Origin: Candidatus Gottesmanbacteria bacterium
GTDB lineage: Bacteria > Patescibacteriota > Microgenomatia > UBA10105 > UBA927
Assembly: GCA_963711735.1 (NCBI GenBank)
Contig: CAVQFA010000004.1
Location: 4,872 to 68,871, forward strand
Direction of reading: 5' to 3'
DNA length: 64,000 nucleotides
The notes beneath the pieces were generated by a model. The model did not search any database. It worked only from the letters and a program-made list of their open reading frames with translations, and was not told where the DNA came from. The position numbers and the translations under genes are program-made. Of this stretch, positions 9,264 to 18,514 are shown in pieces (within the stretch, counting starts at the first letter, position 1; the number at the start of each line of letters is the position of its first letter).

Positions 9264-10577
9264 TTACACCAATTTATTCCGAAACTCATCCCGGTTAGGC
9301 GTTGTCCTGGTATGATCATACGTTCTGTTGTCATGGTTTGGTATAGTGGAGACGTATGTTCCGTCAGGCACATCCCGATCTATGACGATTCCGGCCCCAA
9401 TTCTAGATCCCTTTCCGACTTTCACTCCCGGCATGAAACTGGTATTCACACCGATTCGTATATTCCGACCGAATACACCGCCGAATTTTTTCTTCCCGGA
9501 GGATATTTTTTCACCACCGCTCGCTGAGCGTATCTCATTCTCGTCAAGACGGAGATTTGCACATACCGTACCGCTACCATAACTTACATTTCCTTCTATA
9601 ACGGAATCACCGATGTAATTTGAATGAAACCAACAATCATCACCTATATAGCTTCTTGTAATATCCGTATTAAATCCGACAACACATCTTTCTCCTATAT
9701 GACTTTCCCGTATCATACAGTTGTTTCCTATGATACTTCCTTTTCCTATATATGAAGGACCTGTTATTTTTGTATACTCAAAAATTTTTACGTCATCCTC
9801 TATATAAACATTTCCTTCTATAATAACACCCTTCCCTATGGAAACATTTTTCCCTTTATGCTGGGTTTTTATCGAAGAGAGAATCAGCCGGTTTATATCC
9901 AGAACATGCCATGGGTATTTCAAAGCTCCCGATACTCCCGTATATGGCTCCATTACAATAGATTTTTTGGATGCGATAGTCGTTATTGCACGTTCGTACC
10001 TATCATCATATTTGGAAGACGTTTGTTCCAGTTCGTCTAAAAGTACATTACTATCGTCTATATAATGGCCGGTAATGTTTATATACGGTGATGGTTGTGT
10101 GCCGGGTTCGGGTTTTTCGAGTATTCCGAGAACTCTCTCCTTATCTAAAATAAAATATCCACCGGGGAAATACCTGTCACTTTTCCATCCGGGTAAAACC
10201 GCAAATGCCCGGGTTTTTGCTGCTTTGGAGAGCACTTGTGTAAAAAGTGACCGGTCAACAATATGATCAGCAATGACGATAAAAAGCCTGGAATTGGTGA
10301 GCAGAGCTTTTGCCGTAAGAATGGCATCAGCCATACCTAACGGTTCTTTTTGAACAATATACGAGGCATTAGGAAGACCCTGCATGCTTTCAATTGCATC
10401 ATTATTACTTTTATTTGTAATAATGACGGATGATTCAATTTGTTTCGGAAGGATATCAAAAACACTATGATGTATAAATGGTTTTCCGCAAAATGGAACA
10501 GTAAGCTTATCTGCAGATATGGGCCAAAAACGCTTCCCTACGCCTCCGGCAAGAATTACCGCAACTAATGGTTTCAT
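9264..10577 (-). CDS. Bifunctional sugar-1-phosphate nucleotidyltransferase/acetyltransferase, archaeal GlmU-like
   Basis: LAGGVGKRFWP, EPLGMADA, EKP, YPWHVL, hexapeptide repeats, ANLRLD...KKFG; overlaps murA stop (ATGA); SD-like AGGAGG upstream. Confidence 0.82.
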   Translation of the reverse strand: MKPLVAVILAGGVGKRFWPISADKLTVPFCGKPFIHHSVFDILPKQIESSVIITNKSNNDAIESMQGLPNASYIVQKEPLGMADAILTAKALLTNSRLFIVIADHIVDRSLFTQVLSKAAKTRAFAVLPGWKSDRYFPGGYFILDKERVLGILEKPEPGTQPSPYINITGHYIDDSNVLLDELEQTSSKYDDRYERAITTIASKKSIVMEPYTGVSGALKYPWHVLDINRLILSSIKTQHKGKNVSIGKGVIIEGNVYIEDDVKIFEYTKITGPSYIGKGSIIGNNCMIRESHIGERCVVGFNTDITRSYIGDDCWFHSNYIGDSVIEGNVSYGSGTVCANLRLDENEIRSASGGEKISSGKKKFGGVFGRNIRIGVNTSFMPGVKVGKGSRIGAGIVIDRDVPDGTYVSTIPNHDNRTYDHTRTTPNRDEFRNKLV

Positions 10578-11917
10578 ACATCCTCCTCCTTTATCCTGAC
10601 AATCTGGGCTCCAAGTGCGTTCAAACGGGTATCTATGGATTCATATCCGCGGTCTATCTGTGCAACTCCGTGAATAACGCTCTCTCCATCTGCGGTGAGT
10701 GCGGCAAGAAGCATCGTTGCTCCAGCACGGATATCAGTCATTTCGATAACTGCGTTATGCAGGTTAACGGGTCCTTTAATCCGTATTGCCTGATTTTCAA
10801 TTTTAAGACCGTCAGAAATATTGAAGTTATAGAATGAGTGCGGATCCGGTATAACAGGCGTGTAGAATTCTATTCTCGCTCCCATTTTTTTCAATTCGGA
10901 TACATATGAAAACCTGTTTTCAAAAACTGTCTCGTGGATGGTTGATATACCCTGTGCTTTTGTTGCCATAATTGCCCATGGAGCCTGCCAATCAGTCATA
11001 AATCCCGGGTATGCGGACGTAACGATATCGAGAGGTTTATATGCATGTCCGGCTGAATAAGTCGTCGTATGATCGTCTATTTCCCTTATGACTCCGCCGG
11101 TTTGTTTATATGCATCAAGAAATGCTGAAAGAGTATCCCGGCGGGATCCATCTACGGTTATAGATCCGTTAGTTACCGCTGCGGCAATGGCAAACGTTAC
11201 TTCTTCATTCCTGTCGGACATTATGTGAAAATGAGTACCGTGTAGTGTTCGTACTCCTTTTATTGTAATTTCCCTCTTCCGGGTTCTTGATATGTCGGCA
11301 CCCATGGAGTTGAGGCATGATATGAGGTCATCAATTTCGACTTCCTCGGCAGCATTCCGTATGATAGTTACACCTTGTGCAAGGACGGCCGCCAGGAGAA
11401 TTGTTTCAGTTCCCGTATGGGTATTCTTTTCAAACAGTATCGTATTTCCGTGTAATCCGTCCGGCGCATCGGCGTGAAAAAATCCATCTGCATGATCATA
11501 ACGGATATTCGCACCCATGCTTTTTAATCCTTCGATATGACGGTCAATTGGCCGCGCTCCAAGCCTGCACCCACCGGGATTTGGTATAGTTGCTGTGTGG
11601 CTTCGCGCAAGAAGAGGTCCGAGAACTAAAGCTGAAGTCCTGACTCTGGTACCTGCTTCCAGAGGAACGCAGGTCGAACAAATACCATTATTCTTTACAA
11701 CTATCGAATGGTCTGAACTCCATTTCCATAAAACACCGCAACCTCCGAGAATTTCAAGCATACTGGAGACATCTTTGAGACGCGGAACGTTATCAAGAAC
11801 TATTTCTTCATCAGTTAAAAGCGATGCTATAAGAATTTTAAGCGCAACGTTTTTGGCACCCGATACTGCAATATGTCCCGACAAGGGTTTTCCACCGTGT
11901 ACTATAAATCTATCCAT
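10574..11917 (-). CDS. murA: UDP-N-acetylglucosamine 1-carboxyvinyltransferase
   Basis: GAKN, PGGCRLGARPID (active-site Cys), YPGFMTD, FENRF, DIRAG, IDRGYE. Confidence 0.97.
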   Translation of the reverse strand: MDRFIVHGGKPLSGHIAVSGAKNVALKILIASLLTDEEIVLDNVPRLKDVSSMLEILGGCGVLWKWSSDHSIVVKNNGICSTCVPLEAGTRVRTSALVLGPLLARSHTATIPNPGGCRLGARPIDRHIEGLKSMGANIRYDHADGFFHADAPDGLHGNTILFEKNTHTGTETILLAAVLAQGVTIIRNAAEEVEIDDLISCLNSMGADISRTRKREITIKGVRTLHGTHFHIMSDRNEEVTFAIAAAVTNGSITVDGSRRDTLSAFLDAYKQTGGVIREIDDHTTTYSAGHAYKPLDIVTSAYPGFMTDWQAPWAIMATKAQGISTIHETVFENRFSYVSELKKMGARIEFYTPVIPDPHSFYNFNISDGLKIENQAIRIKGPVNLHNAVIEMTDIRAGATMLLAALTADGESVIHGVAQIDRGYESIDTRLNALGAQIVRIKEEDV

Positions 11918-12905
11918 ATGAGAAATCTCCTAAAAGTACTATTTCTTCCCTGAGTTTGACGTGAAACTGCTGTTGGACTCGTTTTTGGGCTTCTCTAATC
12001 AATGTTATCACATCAAGCGCAGTTGCATTGCCGGTATTGATGATAAAATTTGCGTGCATTTCGGATATCTTTGCTCCTCCGACGCAAAACCCTTTGAGTC
12101 CTGTATGGTCCAGAAGAAATCCTGCTGACATCTGCAAATCCGGTGTTGCAGCACGGATCGCTTCGCTTTTTGAGATATTACGGAATGTACAACCTGCACT
12201 GGAAATTCCCTGAGGTTGGGTGACTCGGCGATACGCGATACTTTCGTTAGCACGCTTCCATAATATGTCTTTATCTTCAGAGGTAAATTCAAATATGGCA
12301 CTTATGAGTATGTCCCCGCTGTGCTGCAGGATGCTTGAATCATACATGAAACGGAAATATGTCTTCGGAACAACTTCTACATCTCCTTTTGGACTTATAA
12401 TCGTCGCCTGGTATAGTCTGTCACCTACATACCCTTCCGGATGCATCCATTTAGAATTCATGTATACTGCCCCTCCGACCGTACCGGGAAGTCCTAAGTG
12501 CATTTCAAATCCTGATAACCCTTCCTCTATGGTAAACCGTACAAAATAGTTCATCATCACACCGGAATCAGCTTCTACATATATGTGTCCCTGTGGTGTC
12601 CCTTTTTTCCATGACCCTTTGGCACCGCGTATAGAAAGTGACCGTGCGTTATTTTTGATGACAAGGCCGGGTATACCCAGGTCAGAAATAAGCACATTTG
12701 AACCACCTCCCAGAATAGTTATGGGAACACCGATTTTCCGAGCAGAGCAAATTGTATGAACAAGGTCTTCTGATGAATTAACATCTATAAAATACTCCGC
12801 CGAGCCACCGATTTTTAATGTAGTAAATTGAGCCAATGGAATATTCTCTTTCAGAGAATTTCCGAAAATTTTTTTGAGCTCATTTGATAAAGATTTCACC
12901 GTCAT
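11910..12905 (-). CDS. murB: UDP-N-acetylenolpyruvoylglucosamine reductase
   Basis: TTLKIGG, GGGSNVL, GLPGTVGGAVYMN, SAGCTFRN, HANFIIN; ATG at 12905 overlaps the murC TGA. Confidence 0.96.
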   Translation of the reverse strand: MTVKSLSNELKKIFGNSLKENIPLAQFTTLKIGGSAEYFIDVNSSEDLVHTICSARKIGVPITILGGGSNVLISDLGIPGLVIKNNARSLSIRGAKGSWKKGTPQGHIYVEADSGVMMNYFVRFTIEEGLSGFEMHLGLPGTVGGAVYMNSKWMHPEGYVGDRLYQATIISPKGDVEVVPKTYFRFMYDSSILQHSGDILISAIFEFTSEDKDILWKRANESIAYRRVTQPQGISSAGCTFRNISKSEAIRAATPDLQMSAGFLLDHTGLKGFCVGGAKISEMHANFIINTGNATALDVITLIREAQKRVQQQFHVKLREEIVLLGDFSYG

Positions 12906-14326
12906 GATAACTCCTTTACTATCGATCTTCCCCATGTGTATATATCCCCTGCTCCGAAAAATATTACAACATCACCCGGTTTTATACGCTCCCTAAGTTT
13001 GTATTTTACCGCTTCTGCATCGTCTGCATAATGGACGTTTGTATGAATTTTCCCTATTTCCTTTGCAAGGATCTCACCTGATATGTCAAATTGTAGTCGG
13101 TTTTCTCTTGCTGACGCATAAATACCGGTAATAATTACCTCATCACTTGCATCAAATGCCCGGATGAATCCCTTTAAAAGTGCCTGTGTTCTTGAATACG
13201 TATGCGGTTGGAATACACTGATAATCCGGTTTTTAGGATACCATTGCCTTGCTGCAGTCAATGTCGCTATGATTTCATCAGGATGATGTGCATAATCATC
13301 CAAAAATTCAATGCCGTTTACATGTCCTATTTTTTCAAAACGTCTTTTGGTGCCGGTAAATTGTAAAAGTCCTTTCGATATCTGTTCCAAGGAAAGACCC
13401 GTTAAATGTGCAACGCCTACGGCGATGGATGCGTTATGCACGTTATGCATACCGGGTACTAACAACTGTAATTGTACGGATTCCCCGTTTGTTTTAAGGG
13501 TAAATACTGTTTTATGTCCGACAGTGCGAATGCCGGATATCTGATATTCTGCTTTTTTTGATACACCCACGGAAACGGCTTGCGGGTGATTCTTCCATAT
13601 TTCATTCTCCGGATCATCAAAGTTATATACAAGCTTGTTTTTCCCTCTTAAACGCTTAGCAAGTTGCATAAACGCGTGTTTAACCGTATGTATATCCTTA
13701 TATGCGTCAGGGTGATCATATCCGATGTTCGTGACAGCCAGAATATCCGGTTTCTGCCAGAGAAAGCGCGGAGTAGGATCAAAGACGGGATCCGTCATAT
13801 ATTCATCCGATTCCGCAACAAACCACTCACCTGTTCCTTTATGACCCGGCAGACCAATGGGAAAAATTTCACCGCATCCTATCGCATAAGACGGATCAAG
13901 ACCGGAGGATCTTAAAATTACAGCAGTCATTGCAGAAGTCGTTGTCTTGCCATGACAACCAGAAACACATATTTGACGGTACGGGTCCATAATTTTCCCG
14001 AGTGCCATACCATGTGGAAAAACCGGAATTTTCAGCCGGAGAGCTTCACGAACCTGCGGATTATCCCTACCTCCGTGTGCACCGGTATATATGAGCGCGT
14101 CAGGATGAAATTCTCCAACGTATTTCGGTTCAAATGCATAGTCCGGAATAATTCCGATTGACTTAACAACACTATCGGAAGGAAAATGTTCTTTCGTGTC
14201 CGATCCTCCGACAATGACACCTGCATCATGCAGGTATGCGGCGAAAGCTGCCATTGCGATACCTTTTATACCGGTCAGGTATACGCGCTTAACAGGTATG
14301 GTATCAAAAAATATTCTATTATCCAT
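12902..14326 (-). CDS. murC: UDP-N-acetylmuramate--L-alanine ligase
   Basis: GIKGIAM, GSD, GCHGKTTT, ESDEY, DHPD, RRFE, DDYAHHP, FQPHTYSRT, GAGDI. Confidence 0.93.
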   Translation of the reverse strand: MDNRIFFDTIPVKRVYLTGIKGIAMAAFAAYLHDAGVIVGGSDTKEHFPSDSVVKSIGIIPDYAFEPKYVGEFHPDALIYTGAHGGRDNPQVREALRLKIPVFPHGMALGKIMDPYRQICVSGCHGKTTTSAMTAVILRSSGLDPSYAIGCGEIFPIGLPGHKGTGEWFVAESDEYMTDPVFDPTPRFLWQKPDILAVTNIGYDHPDAYKDIHTVKHAFMQLAKRLRGKNKLVYNFDDPENEIWKNHPQAVSVGVSKKAEYQISGIRTVGHKTVFTLKTNGESVQLQLLVPGMHNVHNASIAVGVAHLTGLSLEQISKGLLQFTGTKRRFEKIGHVNGIEFLDDYAHHPDEIIATLTAARQWYPKNRIISVFQPHTYSRTQALLKGFIRAFDASDEVIITGIYASARENRLQFDISGEILAKEIGKIHTNVHYADDAEAVKYKLRERIKPGDVVIFFGAGDIYTWGRSIVKELS

Positions 14327-14330
14327 ATGT

Positions 14331-15071
14331 TTATACTATTGTAATATAACCCATCATTTCACCGTATTTTTTATTCTGCTGCCTGAAGGAAAAATATTTT
14401 TCCGGGGTACAATATGTACAGGTCGAAGAACATTCTATATCGGAAACACCCAGAGATTGAAGTTGGTTTCTGTTTATTTCTTCAAGATTTAAATACCACG
14501 TACTTTTTTTCTCTACCGTACCTTTTGGTACGGAAGGAAAAGTTTTAAGAAATATACGTGCCCTTTTTTCATCAACAGAATAGCAGCATGATTTGATATG
14601 CGGGCCAATAGTTGCCTGAATTGAGCGTATATCAGATCCGTTTGAAATCATCCTCCGGACGGTTTTTTGAGCTATATTATGAAGAGTTCCTTTCCAGCCT
14701 GCATGCACAACCCCGTAAATTCCTTTTTCCGCATCCCGAAGAAGTATCGGAACGCAGTCTGCAGTACGGACAATGAGAACAGGTGACGGGAATTTATCAC
14801 TTTTTTTGATTTTGTATACAAGAGCATCAGATTTTGGAAAATACTGCGGTGCGTTTGTGTTTCCAACCATTGCCACGGATGAACCGTGTACTTGTCTCAT
14901 AACGGCCTCAAATCTGTCCGTTAATGCACGGCTTTTCAACACTTTCTTACGATAAGATGAATATCGCATATCTCCGTCTTTCCTCGTAGTAAATCCATAG
15001 ATATATGCAGGTTGCAGATTGTTCATACACGTCTTTAAACTCACACGGGAATTATACCACGCGGTAACCAT
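14331..15071 (-). CDS. pgeF: Peptidoglycan editing factor PgeF / YfiH-YlmD family (alternative start ATG 15026)
   Basis: QVHG, TADCVPI, HAGWKG, IGPHIKSCCY, CTYC...FSFR. Confidence 0.92.
   Translation of the reverse strand: MVTAWYNSRVSLKTCMNNLQPAYIYGFTTRKDGDMRYSSYRKKVLKSRALTDRFEAVMRQVHGSSVAMVGNTNAPQYFPKSDALVYKIKKSDKFPSPVLIVRTADCVPILLRDAEKGIYGVVHAGWKGTLHNIAQKTVRRMISNGSDIRSIQATIGPHIKSCCYSVDEKRARIFLKTFPSVPKGTVEKKSTWYLNLEEINRNQLQSLGVSDIECSSTCTYCTPEKYFSFRQQNKKYGEMMGYITIV
15051..15059 (-). promoter_or_regulatory. Extended -10 promoter element TGGTATAAT upstream of the alternative pgeF start (15026)
   Basis: Exact TGnTATAAT on the minus strand. Confidence 0.55.
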
Positions 15072-16744
15072 TAATTCGGAGCTATTCTGTAGTACGAAAA
15101 TAAATCCTTTGCTAAGGAAAAAAATAAAGGTGCTGCCGTTTCAGACCCCCAGGGAGAAGAACTCGGTTCATGAAGTGTTACGAGTATAACAAATTTCGGA
15201 TTGTCAGCAGGAGCAAAACCGACAAAAGAGGCGATTGTCTTCGTCTCGTCATAATGTCCAGCAATCGGGATTTGTGCTGTCCCTGTTTTACCGGCTATTC
15301 TGTATCCTTTGGGTTTCGCCCACTTTGCTTCACCTTTTTCGACGGTTTCTACCATCATTTCAGTTAGAGTTTTTGCAACCGATGGTTTTATGATCTGTCG
15401 GATCCGTTTCGGTTGTATCGGAATTATTTTTCCGTCGCTTGTTATGATCTCTTTTACTGCGTGGGGTTCCATAAGATTCCCGTCGTTTGCAATTGCGCCG
15501 ACTGCCCGAACCATCTGCATGGGTGTAACTGCTATTCCCTGACCAAAAGAGGTTGTGGCCAGATCTATCTCTTTCCATTCGGTATCAGGACGCAAATCAG
15601 GCGACGTTTCTTCCTCTAAATCGGAACCGGTAACATCACCGAAACCATATCCATGCAGGTATTCAAGGAGTTTCTTCGCACCGAGTTTACGTCCCACAAA
15701 AACCATACCGACATTAGAAGAATGTACAAGAACATCAGTCATCGTAAGATTTCCAAGATATTTATTATTCCATGTCCTTATAAAATATTCCCCGATTTTA
15801 ACCGGACCGGTTTCTTCCATAATCGTCTCAGCAGATAAGACATGCTCATTGATGCCTGCAGCCATAATAAGTACTTTGAAAGTTGATCCGGGTTCATAAC
15901 TGCTGGCAACGACCGGATTTTTATATATATCCCCGGGATATTTACTGTAGTTCACCGGATCGTACGTCGGGTAAGTCGCGAGAGCGATTATGCCGCCGGT
16001 TTTCGGATCATATACGGTTACCGTACCCGCTTTTGCACCGTATTTTTCAATTCCGTTTTTCAGGTGTCTCTCCGTAAAGTACTGTACTGTCCGGTCAAGG
16101 TACAACCGTAATGTACGCCCGTTTTGTGCGTTAACGCGTTCGCTGCCGCCTACAAGAATCGGGTTACCGTTCACGTCCCTCTCTATCCGTTCATAACCAT
16201 CTTTTCCACGAATCTCTCTGTCATAATACCCTTCCACTCCAAAATACCCTTTCGGACTCCCTTTCTCATCCCGTCCTACAAATCCGAGCAGATGTGCAGC
16301 CATGGATGCTTCAGGATAAAATCTCGTATACTCCTCATCAAAACCTAATCCTTTTACGCCGCTTAAGGATAGTTTGTCAGCTACTTCTGCACTCACACCA
16401 CCCTGGATGGGAACCCATAATGATTTCGGATCTTCAAGTTTAGATTTTATGAACATTGTGTCTATATGAAGAACAGATTCAATTGTCCGGATAAACTTTG
16501 TTTTATCCTGTATTAATCGCGGTTCTGCATATACCAAATATGAAGGGGTATTTATAGCCAAAAACTTGCCGTCATCGGAAATAATATTTCCGCGTGCCGC
16601 CGGGACAATCCGTTCAATAAAGTGCTGATTGGCTGCTTCTTTTCTGTATTTACTCCCGTACACAATCTGTATTTGAAATAAACGCGCAACTACACACACA
16701 AACAGAAGGACTATAAAAACAAAAACGACGCGTGTCCGGGGCAT
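15071..16744 (-). CDS. ftsI: Class B penicillin-binding protein (FtsI/PBP3)
   Basis: N-terminal TM, RGNI, R.YP, G.EG.YD, EPGSTFK (SxxK), SSN (SxN), KTGT. Confidence 0.95.
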   Translation of the reverse strand: MPRTRVVFVFIVLLFVCVVARLFQIQIVYGSKYRKEAANQHFIERIVPAARGNIISDDGKFLAINTPSYLVYAEPRLIQDKTKFIRTIESVLHIDTMFIKSKLEDPKSLWVPIQGGVSAEVADKLSLSGVKGLGFDEEYTRFYPEASMAAHLLGFVGRDEKGSPKGYFGVEGYYDREIRGKDGYERIERDVNGNPILVGGSERVNAQNGRTLRLYLDRTVQYFTERHLKNGIEKYGAKAGTVTVYDPKTGGIIALATYPTYDPVNYSKYPGDIYKNPVVASSYEPGSTFKVLIMAAGINEHVLSAETIMEETGPVKIGEYFIRTWNNKYLGNLTMTDVLVHSSNVGMVFVGRKLGAKKLLEYLHGYGFGDVTGSDLEEETSPDLRPDTEWKEIDLATTSFGQGIAVTPMQMVRAVGAIANDGNLMEPHAVKEIITSDGKIIPIQPKRIRQIIKPSVAKTLTEMMVETVEKGEAKWAKPKGYRIAGKTGTAQIPIAGHYDETKTIASFVGFAPADNPKFVILVTLHEPSSSPWGSETAAPLFFSLAKDLFSYYRIAPN

Positions 16745-16763
16745 ATATTCTTATATTATACCT

Positions 16764-17054
16764 CTATCTGAGAGCAACCTGAGGTTCACTTATCCGGATG
16801 GTTTCATACGCTGAAGGAACGACAAACCCAAGCGTTTTGGCTTTCTCCTCTATGGAAGACAACGACTGCATACGGACAACCTGTGTTAAAAGTAGTGCAT
16901 TCTCATACCCGACTTTTTGGATATTTTGTTCCAAATCAGTCGCTTTTCGGCCATCCTGGGCTAAACTATTGGAATATACATACTGTAAAGAAACAAAGAG
17001 GAGTATGCAAATCCATGACGTGCAGATACAGGCAAGTAATGTTTTTTTGATCAT
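16764..17054 (-). CDS. ftsL: FtsL-like bitopic coiled-coil protein
   Basis: 96 aa; TM helix, heptad coiled coil, IEEKAKTLGF; canonical position between rsmH and ftsI. Confidence 0.75.
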   Translation of the reverse strand: MIKKTLLACICTSWICILLFVSLQYVYSNSLAQDGRKATDLEQNIQKVGYENALLLTQVVRMQSLSSIEEKAKTLGFVVPSAYETIRISEPQVALR

Positions 17055-17057
17055 ACG

Positions 17058-17918
17058 TTATCTTTTTTCTGCGATCCGTAATTTTGCACTTCGAGATCTT
17101 TTGTTTGTTAAATATTCCGACCTTTCTACTGTAATTGGTTTCTTGGTTATTCCTATAAGACGTGTATCTTTTCGTATCGTCATTTTTACTATTCGGTCTT
17201 CTAAAGAATGGAATGTAAGTACTACTAGTCTTCCTTTTGGTTTCAAAAGTGCTATTGCCCCGCTGAGCCCCTGTTGTAATGCGCTTATTTCGTCATTTAC
17301 CGCAATTCTCAGTGCCTGAAAAACTCTTGATAATGTTCCTTCATCCGTACTCACCTTATTTACGATTTCAACCAAATCTCCGGTTTTACGTATTGGCTTT
17401 ACCGTACGGGTGCTGTAAATAATATGAGCAATTGCCCGAGAATTGTTTTCTTCACCATAAGTAGAAAATATTTCATACAATTCCTCCTCGTCGGACTCTC
17501 TCAGTAATTCCTTTGCTGAAATTCCCGTTTGGTTGTTTAACCGCAAGTCGATATCCTCATCTTTAAATCTGTACGAAAATCCCCTGCCCGGTTCATCCAA
17601 CTGGTGGGACGAAACTCCTAAATCAAAGAGTATCCCATCGACTTTTTCAAATCCGTTCGCTTTTGCTATCTGTTCTATATTTCGGAAATTTCCCTGTATA
17701 ATTGTTAAAGATCCAATCCCTATATCCTTAAATCTTTTCTGACATTCATGTATTGCGTCTATATCCGCATCAATTGCCAATACTTTGGCTCCATCGCGGA
17801 GTATTGCTTCAGTATGTCCTCCGCCTCCAGCCGTCGCATCGATAATGACTTTATCCTGCGACGGCTTGAGTCCTTTCACGACTTCGTCTGCAAGTATAGG
17901 TATGTGGTAAGCGCTCAT
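17058..17918 (-). CDS. rsmH: 16S rRNA m4C1402 methyltransferase
   Basis: HIPIL, DATAGGGGH, DLGVSSHQLD, RGFSY, FQALRIAVN, FHSLEDR, RSRSAKLR. Confidence 0.97.
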   Translation of the reverse strand: MSAYHIPILADEVVKGLKPSQDKVIIDATAGGGGHTEAILRDGAKVLAIDADIDAIHECQKRFKDIGIGSLTIIQGNFRNIEQIAKANGFEKVDGILFDLGVSSHQLDEPGRGFSYRFKDEDIDLRLNNQTGISAKELLRESDEEELYEIFSTYGEENNSRAIAHIIYSTRTVKPIRKTGDLVEIVNKVSTDEGTLSRVFQALRIAVNDEISALQQGLSGAIALLKPKGRLVVLTFHSLEDRIVKMTIRKDTRLIGITKKPITVERSEYLTNKRSRSAKLRIAEKR

Positions 17919-18316
17919 GGTGTATCCAGCCGTTTAGCGTATGTTATCCAAATATTGAGGTCCCATATCTCAAAATGGTCACCGGCACCAACCACTTTCA
18001 CGTTTCCGGATACATGTGCGTATTCCTTGAGGTGGGTAGGCATCAAAATACGTCCTAATTTATCTATCTCAACCTTTTCTGCCGCTGCAAATAAATACCT
18101 CCGGAGTTCCCTTCCTTTTGCGTCAGTTACCGGTGCTTCCAGGTGTTTTCCCGCCTCTTTTTCCCAGCTTTCCCTGTCAAATCCGAATATACATCCGTCA
18201 AAACCCCTGGCAAGCACAATCTCCGTATCACCCAACTCCAGACGTATTTTCCGAGGCAATGTTATTCTTCCCCTGTCATCTAAATTATGGTCGTATTCCC
18301 CAAGGAATAGTTTCAT
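17915..18316 (-). CDS. mraZ: Transcriptional regulator MraZ
   Basis: FLGEY.H.LDDRGR, second D.LGRI repeat, GAGDHFEIW. Confidence 0.96.
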   Translation of the reverse strand: MKLFLGEYDHNLDDRGRITLPRKIRLELGDTEIVLARGFDGCIFGFDRESWEKEAGKHLEAPVTDAKGRELRRYLFAAAEKVEIDKLGRILMPTHLKEYAHVSGNVKVVGAGDHFEIWDLNIWITYAKRLDTP

Positions 18317-18326
18317 GTTCTGATTT

Positions 18327-18363
18327 TACCATTTCTTCCCACTTATAACCATAATCACCCATT
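18327..18363 (-). promoter_or_regulatory. Putative MraZ operator: four TGG-core direct repeats at exact 10-bp spacing
   Basis: Minus strand AAATGGGTGA-TTATGGTTAT-AAGTGGGAAG-AAATGGTAAA; on the plus strand CCA starts at 18329, 18339, 18349 and 18359. Confidence 0.82.
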
Positions 18364-18379
18364 TAAAAATACTTGTCAA
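18351..18379 (-). promoter_or_regulatory. Putative sigma70 promoter of the dcw cluster
   Basis: Consensus TTGACA at 18379-18374, 17-nt spacer, weak -10 GATTAT overlapping the repeat array. Confidence 0.55.
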
Positions 18380-18514
18380 GGGGTATTTCACGAATATTTA
18401 CATAACTCTTTCACGGCACTATAGGTTGGGTTTAACACAGAAGTATACCACTAGACAAAAGTTGAATGGGTGATAACCCATAACCGATAGAAAATTCTGC
18501 CTTCTGAGGAATGT

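Noticed and set aside
16798-18348. Plus-strand ORFs of 173 and 191 aa and shorter neighbours
   Set aside because: Antisense to ftsL-like, rsmH and mraZ; no family features
18327-18363. Short repeats as a CRISPR or iteron array
   Set aside because: Only a 3-5 nt core with a 10-bp period; explained as an MraZ operator
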